Below, in pieces: positions 17,356-27,661 of a DNA stretch of 61,822 bases. Position 1 is the first letter of the stretch. Each line of letters begins with the position of its first letter. This stretch comes from a virus (lineage: Duplodnaviria > Caudoviricetes), in IMG/VR virus record IMGVR_UViG_3300046373_000181, positions 1-61,822 of that record. One strand, 5' to 3'. The notes beneath the pieces are model-generated. The model had not been told where the DNA came from. It saw only the letters and a program-made list of their open reading frames with translations, and did no database searches. Both the position numbers and the translations under genes were made by a program.

Positions 17356-19956
17356 TTAGTTGCCTTGTGCGAGTGTGTTGTTTGTGAGTGTGTTGTTAGC
17401 TCCGGAATTAGCCAGCGTGTAGCCGTAGTAGGTGCCGTTGGCCTGTTTGCCCTGCGTGAGTGTGCTGTTTTTGATCGTGTTGTTGCTTCCCTTCACAACC
17501 AGTACTTCGCGGGCATAAAGACCACCATTGGCAATGGTATTGGCACTAGAAATCGACACATTGTCAAGTGTGTTATTTGATGCTCCCAGATCAATTTGCC
17601 ACGCAAACGAGGTGCCCGATCCGCCCGAGCTTACATTGTCCCAGACATTGACGGTCATGTTTTTAAAGCTGTTATTCGAACCGGTCATATCCACTCCGTA
17701 TCGGCCCGTGTAAGTGCCCCCGCTGAAGTTAACGTACTTGGACCCATATACGTAGAAAGGCCTGCCCGTTACGTTCATTGTGGCGTTCTCGAAATATAGG
17801 TATTTAGTGCTACCCACATTGTCGTCTGAAATACCATAGCCAACGACCACATTGGAACCCGTTGTGCTGAAGAAGTTGCCGGTAGACAGTGCATATTGGG
17901 TGTTAACAAACTCCGATGAAATGCCCCGGTTTTGAATAAAGCGGTTGTTAATTTCCAGAATACCTTTGATGAGTCCTGATTTACTGGCACCAAACCCGTA
18001 CTGGTTACCTGTACCCATGTACTCAAAGCGATTGTTACTAATGACCAGACCGATAATTCGCGGGTAATCATAGCCCTGTGAGAGTATTTCGTTGGCCCGC
18101 CCGACGTGGTGAACGTAGTTGGCGTGAAACCAGATATTCTTGGCGATAGCGCCCGAACTGGACCCCTGCGAATACTGCTCCATGTTCCAGCCGTTGTAAG
18201 AGCCAATGCTATTACTGGTTATCTCACAGTTGACCGTCTCCAGTCCGTCGATGGTGACCAGCTCGTTGGAGAAATAAAGCGCGTAGGCCTGCGCCCCGGC
18301 ATTATCAAACGTTGAGGAGAATTTAAAGCCATCTACTTTTACCCGATTGATGGTGTGGGTATTGGTGTAGATGAATGCTGTCGAGCCCCCGGTGCGCTGA
18401 AAATGAACGCCCCCTTTCGTAGCAGCATGAAACCAAACATTCGTCCAGTTGCCGGTCTGACCAAGCGGGGTGGTAATAACGTAGGTACCATCAGCAACGG
18501 TGGCGTTAACATTCGTCTGGGCGCTGGTCAGGAAGGTACGTATCTGGGCTTCGGTGGTGAGCGTTACCGTACTCATAGCACCAGGATTTACCCGGCTAAG
18601 GGTGCTATCGGCATACAACAGGACAGTGTCGCGCGGTGACTGAGCCGATACCGTACTTTCGGAATAAACGGCAGGCACCCATTTGAAACTGCTACCCGTT
18701 GTTGATAGTACCTTGCTGACCAGTGGGTCGTAGCCATCATAGGACTTAAGGCGGTTGTCAATTAAGGTATTGACGTATCCGTTGTCAATGGTTGCAATCC
18801 CTTCTGTTTTGGAGTAGTTGACGCCTGATGCACCAGAAATAGCATTACGAGCATCTGCCTGTGCGAAGCTACCCCCGCCACTAGCCGAAAATGTCGTGCT
18901 ACTCACCCCTGTGATACGCCCTTTTGCATCGTAGGTGATGATTGGAATAGCACTAGCCGAACCAACTGTGCCCGCCGTCAGGATGCTGTTCAACGTCAAA
19001 CTTCCCGTACCTGCTGAGCTGGTCAGATCGCCCGTGAGAGCTGGCAGGCGGGCGGCTGAGAGAATACCGCTAGTAAGCTGCGATGCGTCCGTTGTGGCCG
19101 AGCCGCCCCCGGCGTACGAAGGAATGTTAAGCACACCACCTGCATACGTCGCTACGCCACTTGTGCCGTTTGTGGTGACGGTAAGTGCTGTCGGAATGGT
19201 CGGTTTATTAAGCAGGTCGTTATAAGAACCCGACGTAGCCACGGTCGCAAACGTAGGCTTGCCGGTAATGTCTGCCCATGCGCCGGAAAACAAACTGGGC
19301 TTGTTCAACAGGTCATTGTAACTACCCGAAGTCGCTACGGTAGCGAAGTTGGGTTTGCCCGTTACATCAACCCAGGCTCCAGAGAACAAGCTGGGCTTAT
19401 TAGCTAAATCGGTATAACTGCCCGATGTGGCCACTGTGGCAAAGTTCGGCCGGTTTATCAGGTCGGTATAACTGCCTGAGAAACCGGAGCCCGTACCTGA
19501 GTTCCAGCCCGCAATCTGGGCATCCGTTACAAACCGGTGCGTGGCATCCAGGCTGATTTCCGTAGCCAGATGCGTATGTGCCGAAGGGGTAAACGTGCTG
19601 GGCTTTCCGGTCAGGTCCGCCCATGCGCCGGAGAACAAGCTAGGCTTGCCACTCAGATCGGCGTAAGCACCCGAAAACAATGTTGGCTTACCGGCGAGGT
19701 CAGAGTAGTTGCCCGAAAACAGCGTTGGTCGGTCGCTAAGGGCTGTCCATGAACTTACGCCCGTGGAAATAGTACCATTGCGCAATCCCGCAACAAATGA
19801 GGAGTCCCCAGGACTATACATCCGGGGAGAAAAGCCCATGCCTCCTTCCGATCGGAGTCGGTAGTGCAGCCGGTAAACCCCCGAGGGGCCGGGCACGAAC
19901 TGCGCCGAACTAGCCAGGGAGAATAAAAGTAAAACGCCAATCAGGTAGTGTTTCAT
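17356..19956 (-). CDS. Tail fibre/spike with signal peptide, SGSYxDLxxKP repeats and a C-terminal beta-helix
   Basis: MKHYLIGVLLLFSLASSA-Q; PSTFTPSAHTH; YDAKGRIT; Asn-rich beta-helix. Confidence 0.82.
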   Translation of the reverse strand: MKHYLIGVLLLFSLASSAQFVPGPSGVYRLHYRLRSEGGMGFSPRMYSPGDSSFVAGLRNGTISTGVSSWTALSDRPTLFSGNYSDLAGKPTLFSGAYADLSGKPSLFSGAWADLTGKPSTFTPSAHTHLATEISLDATHRFVTDAQIAGWNSGTGSGFSGSYTDLINRPNFATVATSGSYTDLANKPSLFSGAWVDVTGKPNFATVATSGSYNDLLNKPSLFSGAWADITGKPTFATVATSGSYNDLLNKPTIPTALTVTTNGTSGVATYAGGVLNIPSYAGGGSATTDASQLTSGILSAARLPALTGDLTSSAGTGSLTLNSILTAGTVGSASAIPIITYDAKGRITGVSSTTFSASGGGSFAQADARNAISGASGVNYSKTEGIATIDNGYVNTLIDNRLKSYDGYDPLVSKVLSTTGSSFKWVPAVYSESTVSAQSPRDTVLLYADSTLSRVNPGAMSTVTLTTEAQIRTFLTSAQTNVNATVADGTYVITTPLGQTGNWTNVWFHAATKGGVHFQRTGGSTAFIYTNTHTINRVKVDGFKFSSTFDNAGAQAYALYFSNELVTIDGLETVNCEITSNSIGSYNGWNMEQYSQGSSSGAIAKNIWFHANYVHHVGRANEILSQGYDYPRIIGLVISNNRFEYMGTGNQYGFGASKSGLIKGILEINNRFIQNRGISSEFVNTQYALSTGNFFSTTGSNVVVGYGISDDNVGSTKYLYFENATMNVTGRPFYVYGSKYVNFSGGTYTGRYGVDMTGSNNSFKNMTVNVWDNVSSGGSGTSFAWQIDLGASNNTLDNVSISSANTIANGGLYAREVLVVKGSNNTIKNSTLTQGKQANGTYYGYTLANSGANNTLTNNTLAQGN
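19200..19745 (-). repeat. Degenerate coding tandem repeats in the fibre gene
   Basis: About 10 copies of (F/T)SGx(Y/W)xDLxxKP, some alternating with FATVAT. Confidence 0.85.
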
Positions 19957-19972
19957 GGTTTATTTATCGTTG

Positions 19973-20464
19973 TTAAAAATTGTATTCCAGAAGTAATGCG
20001 AGCAGTTCATCGTAGCTATCGTGCGTTAGATACAGGGTCAATTCATTCAGTAGCGAGATATAGCTGGCCTCATCCGGCGATGCGCCCAACTGCACCCTGC
20101 CGGACTTGTCCGTGTACACGTTCGCCATATAGCGAGTTTGGGAGCCGGATTTGATCTCCAGCCACGCCAGCGCGGGCAGCACATTGGTAGTATTGAGCTT
20201 GACCCGCAAAAACCCTATGCTTTTCTCAACCACCGGTTGCAAGGCATTAGGCAGTGCCGCTCCCAGTTTGGAGTAGTACAAGCGGGCGGTATAATTAGCC
20301 GTATCGTCCAAAGGAAGGTCGATGACGGGGTAGCTATACGTATTGCCCTTGAATACCCTGGCGTCGTAGAGCTGTTTGGGCGTCTGCCCCCTAGCCCCAT
20401 CAATGCCAATCAGTAAAGCCGTTAGAAATAGTAGGATGTTGCCGAGTAAAAAGCGTTTGTTCAT
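19973..20464 (-). CDS. Signal-peptide protein, possible fibre adaptor (BppU-N-like)
   Basis: MNKRFLLGNILLFLTALLIGIDGARG-Q; FKGNTY..DDTANYTARL; the fold guess is weak. Confidence 0.6.
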   Translation of the reverse strand: MNKRFLLGNILLFLTALLIGIDGARGQTPKQLYDARVFKGNTYSYPVIDLPLDDTANYTARLYYSKLGAALPNALQPVVEKSIGFLRVKLNTTNVLPALAWLEIKSGSQTRYMANVYTDKSGRVQLGASPDEASYISLLNELTLYLTHDSYDELLALLLEYNF

Positions 20465-20470
20465 GGTGGT

Positions 20471-21853
20471 TTAGATAGTTTCGCTGAACTGGCGGAGTTT
20501 GCCCCCGCGCAAATCAATGCTGTAACTGTGACCGGAGATGGGTTCGACAATAATGGTTTCGGTGCTTTCCATGCCCCGACTGGGATCAAATGCCCAGAAG
20601 TCAAGAGCGTTATTTTTAACCCGAAACATCACATCGGGACGCCCCCGGCGGGAGTTTCCTTTCGCATAGGGACCACCAAAGGCGCTGGCGTGATCCAGAA
20701 TGGTCGTGCCGTCGGTCTTGGGCTCGATCCACTGCTCAGAACCCGCAAACCGGTAGCGGGCATACTGCCATGGCTGTCCGGCCGTGCGGGCCGTCTGGGC
20801 GTAGCGGTAAGCGGCCTCAAACGTGCTGTCTTGATAGGACAGCGCTTCCATGGGGTAGTTGTTGTCGGCCGGATTGGAACTGTAGCGGGTCCGTTCGTTG
20901 AATGGGATGCAGCCGTCGGTCATGCAGAACCCAATGCAGAAACCACACGCCATCAGCCAGTCAAAATCCACTGCTGGGTGATACTGGCCCGTTAGTACCG
21001 TTCCATCAGGCTTGGTGCGTTCGTAGAAAATGCCGTTGTGCAGGCTTCCAGGCCCCGTCTCGCCCAGCCCCTCGTAATTACCCCAGTCCAGATAAGCTAG
21101 GGGCGAACCGCCAAGGCCACCCACTCGGCCACCGCCTTTGCCCATCACCTCGGCGGCAAATTTCTTACGGTAATAGTCTGGTGCGTAATCGGGGGTGTCA
21201 GCATAATTTTTAATAATTGCCCCAACGCCAATAGGTTCAAACAGATTAAAGTAGTCACACGAGTTCCTTGCCCCAGATAGAGTCTGAATATAGCCCTTGA
21301 AGGGTGCGTTGTTTGCGTTAGGCAATACATCGGTGCTCCCTCCTGTTTTAAACAGCCATGGGTCGCCGTTGAAGTTCTCAAAGCCGCCATAGGTACCGTA
21401 GTCCCGATAAGGCTTATTGGCTGCCTGATAGGCCGCTTTGCGGGCTTGATACCACCACCGCTTTTGATCCAGGTAATAAGGCATCCCCCAGGGGTCACCC
21501 TCGCCCAGCTCATTGGCCTCCATGAAGCCCGTACCAACGGTATTGGATACGTTGATAATATCCTGTTGGGATAAACTGGACGGACCAAAGGGCTGACCGG
21601 GCGGCTTGCCCGCGTTGGCCATGATGTTTGAGTGAATCCACTCGAAACAGTATTGCCGGTTGTTATCCCGAAAGTCCATGACGGCCGAAATGCCCGCCCG
21701 GCCAATGATGTCTCCGCTTTCCTGATCCAGACGACGGTTTATGGTCGTATGAATACGATTGTCGGGCAAAGCAAATACCAACGCATTTTTCTGTCCCGTA
21801 GGCAGGTGCAGTTCGCTTTTATTAAGCCAGGCAGGGGCTAGTATTTCACTCAT
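20471..21853 (-). CDS. Tail-region protein, possibly carbohydrate-active
   Basis: Aromatic/Gly-rich, 460 aa; start taken at MSEILAP. Confidence 0.65.
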   Translation of the reverse strand: MSEILAPAWLNKSELHLPTGQKNALVFALPDNRIHTTINRRLDQESGDIIGRAGISAVMDFRDNNRQYCFEWIHSNIMANAGKPPGQPFGPSSLSQQDIINVSNTVGTGFMEANELGEGDPWGMPYYLDQKRWWYQARKAAYQAANKPYRDYGTYGGFENFNGDPWLFKTGGSTDVLPNANNAPFKGYIQTLSGARNSCDYFNLFEPIGVGAIIKNYADTPDYAPDYYRKKFAAEVMGKGGGRVGGLGGSPLAYLDWGNYEGLGETGPGSLHNGIFYERTKPDGTVLTGQYHPAVDFDWLMACGFCIGFCMTDGCIPFNERTRYSSNPADNNYPMEALSYQDSTFEAAYRYAQTARTAGQPWQYARYRFAGSEQWIEPKTDGTTILDHASAFGGPYAKGNSRRGRPDVMFRVKNNALDFWAFDPSRGMESTETIIVEPISGHSYSIDLRGGKLRQFSETI

Positions 21854-21855
21854 GA

Positions 21856-22371
21856 TTATATCGCGCCAAAAATGATGAGACTGTATCCTTTGGTTGTCCA
21901 ATTGTTAGGGTTTGTATCCGTTGAGATGGCATACAAAACCGAAATTTGATCGCCGGGAAAATAATCGTAGCCGCCAAAACTCGCTTTGCGTTCACCGTTG
22001 ATGTAGATAAACTCCTGCTGTCCCGAGGGGATGCCGTAGTTGGATGTCTTGCGAATCCGCCACTTGGTGCCATTATTTTCAGTAACCAATGTGAGTACAT
22101 TGAAATTGGCTCTAACGGTATTGGTTTGAATGTTTCCTGGGGTTGGTGGTGGCGTGATCACACTTCCACCAGAACAGTCGCGTGCCGATTCTAATTCGGG
22201 TTCGGTTGCGTAAGTTGCCGCCACCCGTCCGGCCCATGTTCTAATAGCAAAAAAGGCTGATTCACCTTGAGCACAGTTCAATGGGTCGTCGTAAGGAAAC
22301 CAACGAATGTCACCTGCCGCCCAACCAGTTACGCTAGGGGGTTGCTTAGTAAAGGGTATCCCGTAAGACAT
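21856..22371 (-). CDS. Tail-region hypothetical protein
   Basis: Pro linker ITPPPTPG; overlaps the upstream gene by 26 nt. Confidence 0.7.
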   Translation of the reverse strand: MSYGIPFTKQPPSVTGWAAGDIRWFPYDDPLNCAQGESAFFAIRTWAGRVAATYATEPELESARDCSGGSVITPPPTPGNIQTNTVRANFNVLTLVTENNGTKWRIRKTSNYGIPSGQQEFIYINGERKASFGGYDYFPGDQISVLYAISTDTNPNNWTTKGYSLIIFGAI

Positions 22372-22960
22372 AATGAGTTCCGGCTATAGCTTTTGTTAAA
22401 TCACTTTCTTGTGCATTATTGACCACGGGCATAGACTCGTTGGACAAGCTTGCATCACCTGCCGGAACTCCCTTTTGAATCGGTTCGTCCATCGGAGTTT
22501 CATCAGCAAGGTCAGAGAATTCATAGAAAATCTGATCAGACTTTCCGTTCCAATAGCGCTTTCGATAACCAGGAAAGTCGGGTAGATTTTCAGGTGGCGC
22601 AAGCCCCCACCAATTTGTTTGAATACCCTCTGGCAATGTTCTATCAGCCCGAAGTGTAAACTTTCGATTAATCCCACGAGGCATAAATTGGTCCACAGTT
22701 CCGGGGAATACCTCTAACAAAAAAGGCAGAGGTTTTCCTGTACTGTCAGACCCCGAACACATCCCATTCCCGTCTTCAGTAAAGCCAAGTAGTATCCGTG
22801 GAAGTCCGAAAATAGGTAGGGATGTGGCTGGTTTTGGAGATGTACTGTCAATGACATTCGGCTGAACGGCACCTAAAAGCTGACGCGTCTGATCTTCGGA
22901 CAGGAGTTGTTTAGGTGTTCCGTTCTCAAAGTATAAAAACTCTTTTTTGGTCGTTTCCAT
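22346..22960 (-). CDS. Tail-region hypothetical protein
   Basis: Start taken at METTKKEF; C-terminal ESDLTKAIAGTHYVL. Confidence 0.7.
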   Translation of the reverse strand: METTKKEFLYFENGTPKQLLSEDQTRQLLGAVQPNVIDSTSPKPATSLPIFGLPRILLGFTEDGNGMCSGSDSTGKPLPFLLEVFPGTVDQFMPRGINRKFTLRADRTLPEGIQTNWWGLAPPENLPDFPGYRKRYWNGKSDQIFYEFSDLADETPMDEPIQKGVPAGDASLSNESMPVVNNAQESDLTKAIAGTHYVLRDTLY

Positions 22961-22970
22961 GCTCAAGTTT

Positions 22971-25775
22971 TTAAAGGTTGATGACGTGAACAGTGACTGA
23001 AACCACACTGAAGTCTGCAAATGTGGCCTGTGCTGTGACATCGGTATTTGTTGATATACTGTTTGTCGGTATTGATAAAAGCCCTACGTTAGAAATGGAT
23101 GCACCTGATATAGAGGAAATTATAAGCCAACTTCGGCTTCGACTAGTCGTTTGCCAAGTTCCATCCGAATACTGCTCTTCCACATGCAATGACAGACTAC
23201 CACCTTCATTTACAGTTAAATTGTGTCCATCATCAGCAATTCGATAAACACCCGTAGCGGTTGCGGTACTGGCTAAAACGTAGTGTTGCCCCGCCGTTAC
23301 AGCATTTAAGTCTGATTCAGTACCCGCACCTGGATCATCGTCTGTTTCAGGTGCGAGAGCTACGGTATATTTGGTGCCGTTAAGTTTCAGGTAAAGCTTG
23401 ACCGTATCTTCCAGCGTGTTGTGAACAAATCGGGCTGTGCGTTCCGGTATCTCACTCGCATACGGTCGCCCCGCTTTGATGAGGGGACCAATAAATGCAT
23501 TGAGTTGCAGCCAGGCCCCCATGTAAAACTGCCAGATGTCGAGCGTCCTGGGGTTGCGGGTAATCATGCCCTCCTGCCAGCCACCGGGGTAAAACAGGGC
23601 GGATTCGGGAAAACTCATGTTGGTCAAATCCCCCGTTACCACGCTTGCTTGATCGATAATGACCTGCCGGTTGGTGCCGATACTGAGGTTTCCCTTAATG
23701 CGCGAATTGTTATAGAGCCCCAGATAGCCCGTATCAGTCGTCACGTTGCCGATGATCTCCGAGTGAAACAGTTCGAGTTGAGTATACTCAACAGCTAAGT
23801 TGCCCGTAAAGCGCGTGTCCGTCATGCGGGTGTAGCCACTGCCAATCAGGCTGCCCGACGCGATTTCACAACCCGTGAATTCAACCCGGCTATGAACGCT
23901 ACCTGAATGCAGGTAGCCAATTTTGCTGTCTCTGACCTTGAGCTGCGAGCTGAGCGTCTGGGTAAAGCCCACTTCCAGCTCATCAATCACGCAGGCGTTG
24001 TCGTATTCAACCAGAATCGTTACCCCGTACGCTTTAGCCACCTTGCTGTTATGAACCCGCATGGGCCCGGTGCCAAGGGATTGCAGGGGGCCCGACAGGG
24101 ACGAGTTGTGAATATCAATGGGGCCGTTGCCGTTCGCATCGACATTTACGGCTAATGCCGATTCAATCCGGGCATCGTAGACGCTCAGATACGCCCCCCT
24201 AAACAGCACGATACAGTTCAGGGGGTTGTACCCATACGTGGCGTCGGTGGTGGCGTTGAGTCGGATATTGTGGTAATCACAGCTCCCACCCCCGAAATAA
24301 TACGCGTAGGGGTTGCTCTGGGCAATCACATTCACCGTGCACATGGTCTGCTCCGAGTGAATATTATCGTGCGTTACGCACAAATTATCGCCCTGAATGT
24401 AGATTGCCCGGTCGTGAGACCGTTCCACCTGAAGCCGATGAACCTTCGACATATTGGCCGTGTCGCCCTCGCCCCGAAAATTATAGGCGTAGTTGAACAG
24501 GTTGCCGCAATTCTCGACTGTGATCGTAAAGAAGTTCGAGTCCCAGGGGTTGACGATATCCACACCCTTGCCTGAAATGTTGAAGACCTCAATCCATTCC
24601 CCGTTAGAACGCTGAGGGTTATTGAGCTGTAACCCATGCATTTCCACACGCTGGGTCAGTCCGTTTTGCACTACGGAAGGGCCGACGATCTTAATTTTGC
24701 AGGTATTTAAATTGATCTCCGTCTCGCTGCGAAGGGCGGTAAAGCTCGACCCCGTGGGCATAATGGGGCTACTGTTGCTCATCACGATGCCGAAGATATT
24801 GCGCTTTAGGAGTAGCTCACCCGTGGTGCGATACCCGCCGATGCCAGGAAACCAGACGATCAGGTTATGGCGATCACAGAAATTAATGCACTTCTGAATG
24901 GCAGTGGTATTGTCGGTGCCTCCGCCCGTAGCGAAGTTGGCATCAGGGATAGCGCCGTAGTCCTGTACACTTAAATGAAGTCCGTACCGACGCAGCCAAC
25001 GGCCTCCGCTTTTGCCCGGAGCCGCGAGGACATATACGCCATCAATTTCTTCGGTGCTACTGGGGCTATAATCAAAAGCCGTACCATCGGCCAGCAGTAA
25101 GGTGTTTTTACTGCCCGCGTAGTAGGATATGCCCGAAAGGATTTGTATTAACAGATCACTAAGCCCCCCTTCGGGCAATACATTGCCCAACGGACTACCC
25201 GATACCACCTCACCGCTAGCGGTTATCTCAATGGAAGCAACTAGTTCCGCGTTGGCCCCACCGTCCTCATCGGGGTCCAGGAACAGGTTCTTTGCGTAGA
25301 GCCAATAAAGAGTTTGTGGCCGTAAGTTTTGCCCGTCAGGGTCCTTGGTAAAGGCAAAATTTGCTACCCAGGGTTGCCAGGTAGTGAACACGCCAGCCCG
25401 TTCCAGCCGGTACTGCCAACCTGATCCCGTAGCCGACCCCGATGGTGAAAACGAATAATCACCCGTGTTCAGCTCACTTGAGGTGGTCTGAGCGGCCACC
25501 ACGGTTTGGCCCGCAATGACACCACCCGACGCGGTTAACTGAATGGGGACAGCAACCGGCTTTTCAATGGAACCGGAGAGAAACGCGGGCATATACGCGT
25601 TTCGTCCGTAAAGCCAGTAAATAACACCGGTTTGCAGGGCATTACCGTCCGGAGCCAGGGTAAACACCAGATCATCCGCCCAGTTGAACCAAGGGGTGAA
25701 GGTGTTGTCTTTTTCCAGTCTGTACTGCCAGCCGGGACCGGTTGCCGTGCCGACGGCCGCTATGGGTAGGCTCAT
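22971..25775 (-). CDS. Tailspike/depolymerase with a pectate-lyase-like beta-helix
   Basis: SVQDYGAIPD...DNTTAIQKCI; duplicated N-terminal GxATGxGWQYRLE domain; Ig-like C-terminus. Confidence 0.85.
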   Translation of the reverse strand: MSLPIAAVGTATGPGWQYRLEKDNTFTPWFNWADDLVFTLAPDGNALQTGVIYWLYGRNAYMPAFLSGSIEKPVAVPIQLTASGGVIAGQTVVAAQTTSSELNTGDYSFSPSGSATGSGWQYRLERAGVFTTWQPWVANFAFTKDPDGQNLRPQTLYWLYAKNLFLDPDEDGGANAELVASIEITASGEVVSGSPLGNVLPEGGLSDLLIQILSGISYYAGSKNTLLLADGTAFDYSPSSTEEIDGVYVLAAPGKSGGRWLRRYGLHLSVQDYGAIPDANFATGGGTDNTTAIQKCINFCDRHNLIVWFPGIGGYRTTGELLLKRNIFGIVMSNSSPIMPTGSSFTALRSETEINLNTCKIKIVGPSVVQNGLTQRVEMHGLQLNNPQRSNGEWIEVFNISGKGVDIVNPWDSNFFTITVENCGNLFNYAYNFRGEGDTANMSKVHRLQVERSHDRAIYIQGDNLCVTHDNIHSEQTMCTVNVIAQSNPYAYYFGGGSCDYHNIRLNATTDATYGYNPLNCIVLFRGAYLSVYDARIESALAVNVDANGNGPIDIHNSSLSGPLQSLGTGPMRVHNSKVAKAYGVTILVEYDNACVIDELEVGFTQTLSSQLKVRDSKIGYLHSGSVHSRVEFTGCEIASGSLIGSGYTRMTDTRFTGNLAVEYTQLELFHSEIIGNVTTDTGYLGLYNNSRIKGNLSIGTNRQVIIDQASVVTGDLTNMSFPESALFYPGGWQEGMITRNPRTLDIWQFYMGAWLQLNAFIGPLIKAGRPYASEIPERTARFVHNTLEDTVKLYLKLNGTKYTVALAPETDDDPGAGTESDLNAVTAGQHYVLASTATATGVYRIADDGHNLTVNEGGSLSLHVEEQYSDGTWQTTSRSRSWLIISSISGASISNVGLLSIPTNSISTNTDVTAQATFADFSVVSVTVHVINL

Positions 25776-27661
25776 CGGAACGGTCGTTTACGGCCGATTG
25801 CTTCCACGAGGCCAATTTTCTTTCGATTGAGATTCCCAATCACCCCTTGCCAAACGTCAACATATAGCTCGTGCCGACCCGGCGTCTTACTACCCCCCGT
25901 GGGCATGAAGCCCGAAGGGATAGGGCTAGCCGATAGGGTCAGGGTAATGGCGTTGCCGTGGGTGATGAGCGTATTTTTGATGTCCTGTATCTGGCTCTTA
26001 ACCACCTGGGGTTCGGTGCCCGCTGCGGGCTCTTCAATCTTGGTTCGGATCAGATCGCGTACGCTCGTTTGTTGGGCCAGAATGCGTTGCAGACGTGAGA
26101 TTTTGCGCGTATCGCCCAGGGTCAGAGTATATTTGTAGGGACGAAGCACATCGCGGGTAAAGCCGGTGATTCGGGCCAGTTTGTCAATACTTAAGTCTGT
26201 ATCGATGAGCCGGATTGCGTCACCCGTTACGAAAAAGTTAGGAGGTGAGTCAATGGGAATAATGCCCGTATCGTTTGCTTTTGATTGCAGATACAACTCG
26301 TCCAGCTCCAGACTGTATTCAACCGATGGGGTACCGTTCTCGGCCAGCCAGGCCTGCCCCGCAGCGAGCAGTTTATTCTCGGCCGCTGTGACATACTCAT
26401 CCGGCATTTTCATGTCGACAAACGTGTAGGTGTCGCCGGGTTGAATCCGGAAAGGCGATGCCGGATCGGGTGAGGGAAACACCAGTCCGTTATCGTCGGT
26501 ATAAGACTTTAACTGGAGAATGTAATTGTTGGTAAAGAACTTGATCAGATCGAAACTGTAACCCGCCAGCTGGCCGGTCAGAAATGATACTTTGGGCGCA
26601 AGGCCTTTGATCTGGTATTTGAAGATGGGACGAACGTTGCCCGCCACAACCTCCGTTTCATCGTAGGCGAAGGGGTCAAAATCAACATCTACATCGGTGA
26701 ATGATAACTGGTCAACCACTTCGGTCACCGTCCCCGTCCGGTGGGGGTAGATATCATCAAAGACTTTAGTGCCTTCAATCAGCCCGTAGGTAGCAATGCC
26801 AGCACTGTCCTGTACAAATGAATCCCATGGCGAGGGGTTAGATCCCGCCGGAACAGCCGGGCCGGGTAGCTGCAAACGCGTGGCAAAGCCCCGATACCCC
26901 ACGGGTATGTTTTTGGAGCCGCCAAAGATGTAGGCCTTGGTAAAGAACTGGGTGCCCTGTACCGATTGACGGGACAGCTTATAGAGTCCGTTGCCTTGGC
27001 CGTAGCTAAACTGATCGCTTAGCGTCTGCCCGGCGGGGCCAATGGTCAGGATTCGGTTCGGCGCATCATTAGCCCGGTACTCAATGCTAAACTCCGTGCC
27101 CCATTCGGCGCACAGTCGTTGCAGAACCGACAAGCAGTTCTCGTTCTCAAACGATAGTGTCTTTGTCTCTGTTTGATCGCCGGGGATAGCCGTTCCCGCG
27201 CCACCCGACTGGGTACTCTCACCGGGTACCGACACGGTGCCCAGTCCCCACGCGCCCGAGAAGACACGGGCCATGTTGGAAAACAGCACCTCGGCAAAGA
27301 ATTGAAGGTTGCCCGTTAGCGAAAACACGCTGCTGAGCGCGTTGCCGTTAACATCGGTATCAAAGAACACCACGCGCAGCAAATGGTACTGCGGCCCTTC
27401 CAGCAACGCTTCGTATTCGTAGCGGTTGTTGCCCGTCTTGGTTACGGTGGGTAGGGTGTTAAGCGTATAGAGTTGCCCGAATACTGGAACGGTCTGCCCG
27501 ATCTGAATGCTAATGGGTGAAGTGCTTTCAATGGATACGCTCAGCGTGTCACCCGTCAGTAGATCCTGCTTCTGCTCAGCGCGCGAAACACCCCACAAGG
27601 GGTTCTGACTGGTCAGGGGGATATCGGCCCCGTCCGTTGTCCTTAGTACAAGAGGGGCCAT
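25772..27661 (-). CDS. Baseplate hub/Tal-like tail protein
   Basis: FSYGQGNGLYKLSR, GGSKNIP, FDDIYPHRTGTVT; follows the distal tail gene. Confidence 0.85.
   Translation of the reverse strand: MAPLVLRTTDGADIPLTSQNPLWGVSRAEQKQDLLTGDTLSVSIESTSPISIQIGQTVPVFGQLYTLNTLPTVTKTGNNRYEYEALLEGPQYHLLRVVFFDTDVNGNALSSVFSLTGNLQFFAEVLFSNMARVFSGAWGLGTVSVPGESTQSGGAGTAIPGDQTETKTLSFENENCLSVLQRLCAEWGTEFSIEYRANDAPNRILTIGPAGQTLSDQFSYGQGNGLYKLSRQSVQGTQFFTKAYIFGGSKNIPVGYRGFATRLQLPGPAVPAGSNPSPWDSFVQDSAGIATYGLIEGTKVFDDIYPHRTGTVTEVVDQLSFTDVDVDFDPFAYDETEVVAGNVRPIFKYQIKGLAPKVSFLTGQLAGYSFDLIKFFTNNYILQLKSYTDDNGLVFPSPDPASPFRIQPGDTYTFVDMKMPDEYVTAAENKLLAAGQAWLAENGTPSVEYSLELDELYLQSKANDTGIIPIDSPPNFFVTGDAIRLIDTDLSIDKLARITGFTRDVLRPYKYTLTLGDTRKISRLQRILAQQTSVRDLIRTKIEEPAAGTEPQVVKSQIQDIKNTLITHGNAITLTLSASPIPSGFMPTGGSKTPGRHELYVDVWQGVIGNLNRKKIGLVEAIGRKRPFR

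Noticed and set aside
19200-19745. CRISPR array or DGR template/variable repeats
   Set aside because: The repeats are degenerate in-frame coding repeats; no cas gene or reverse transcriptase is present
13136-25775. Invertible tail-fibre shufflon
   Set aside because: All genes are co-oriented; no adjacent invertase or inverted crossover sites were seen
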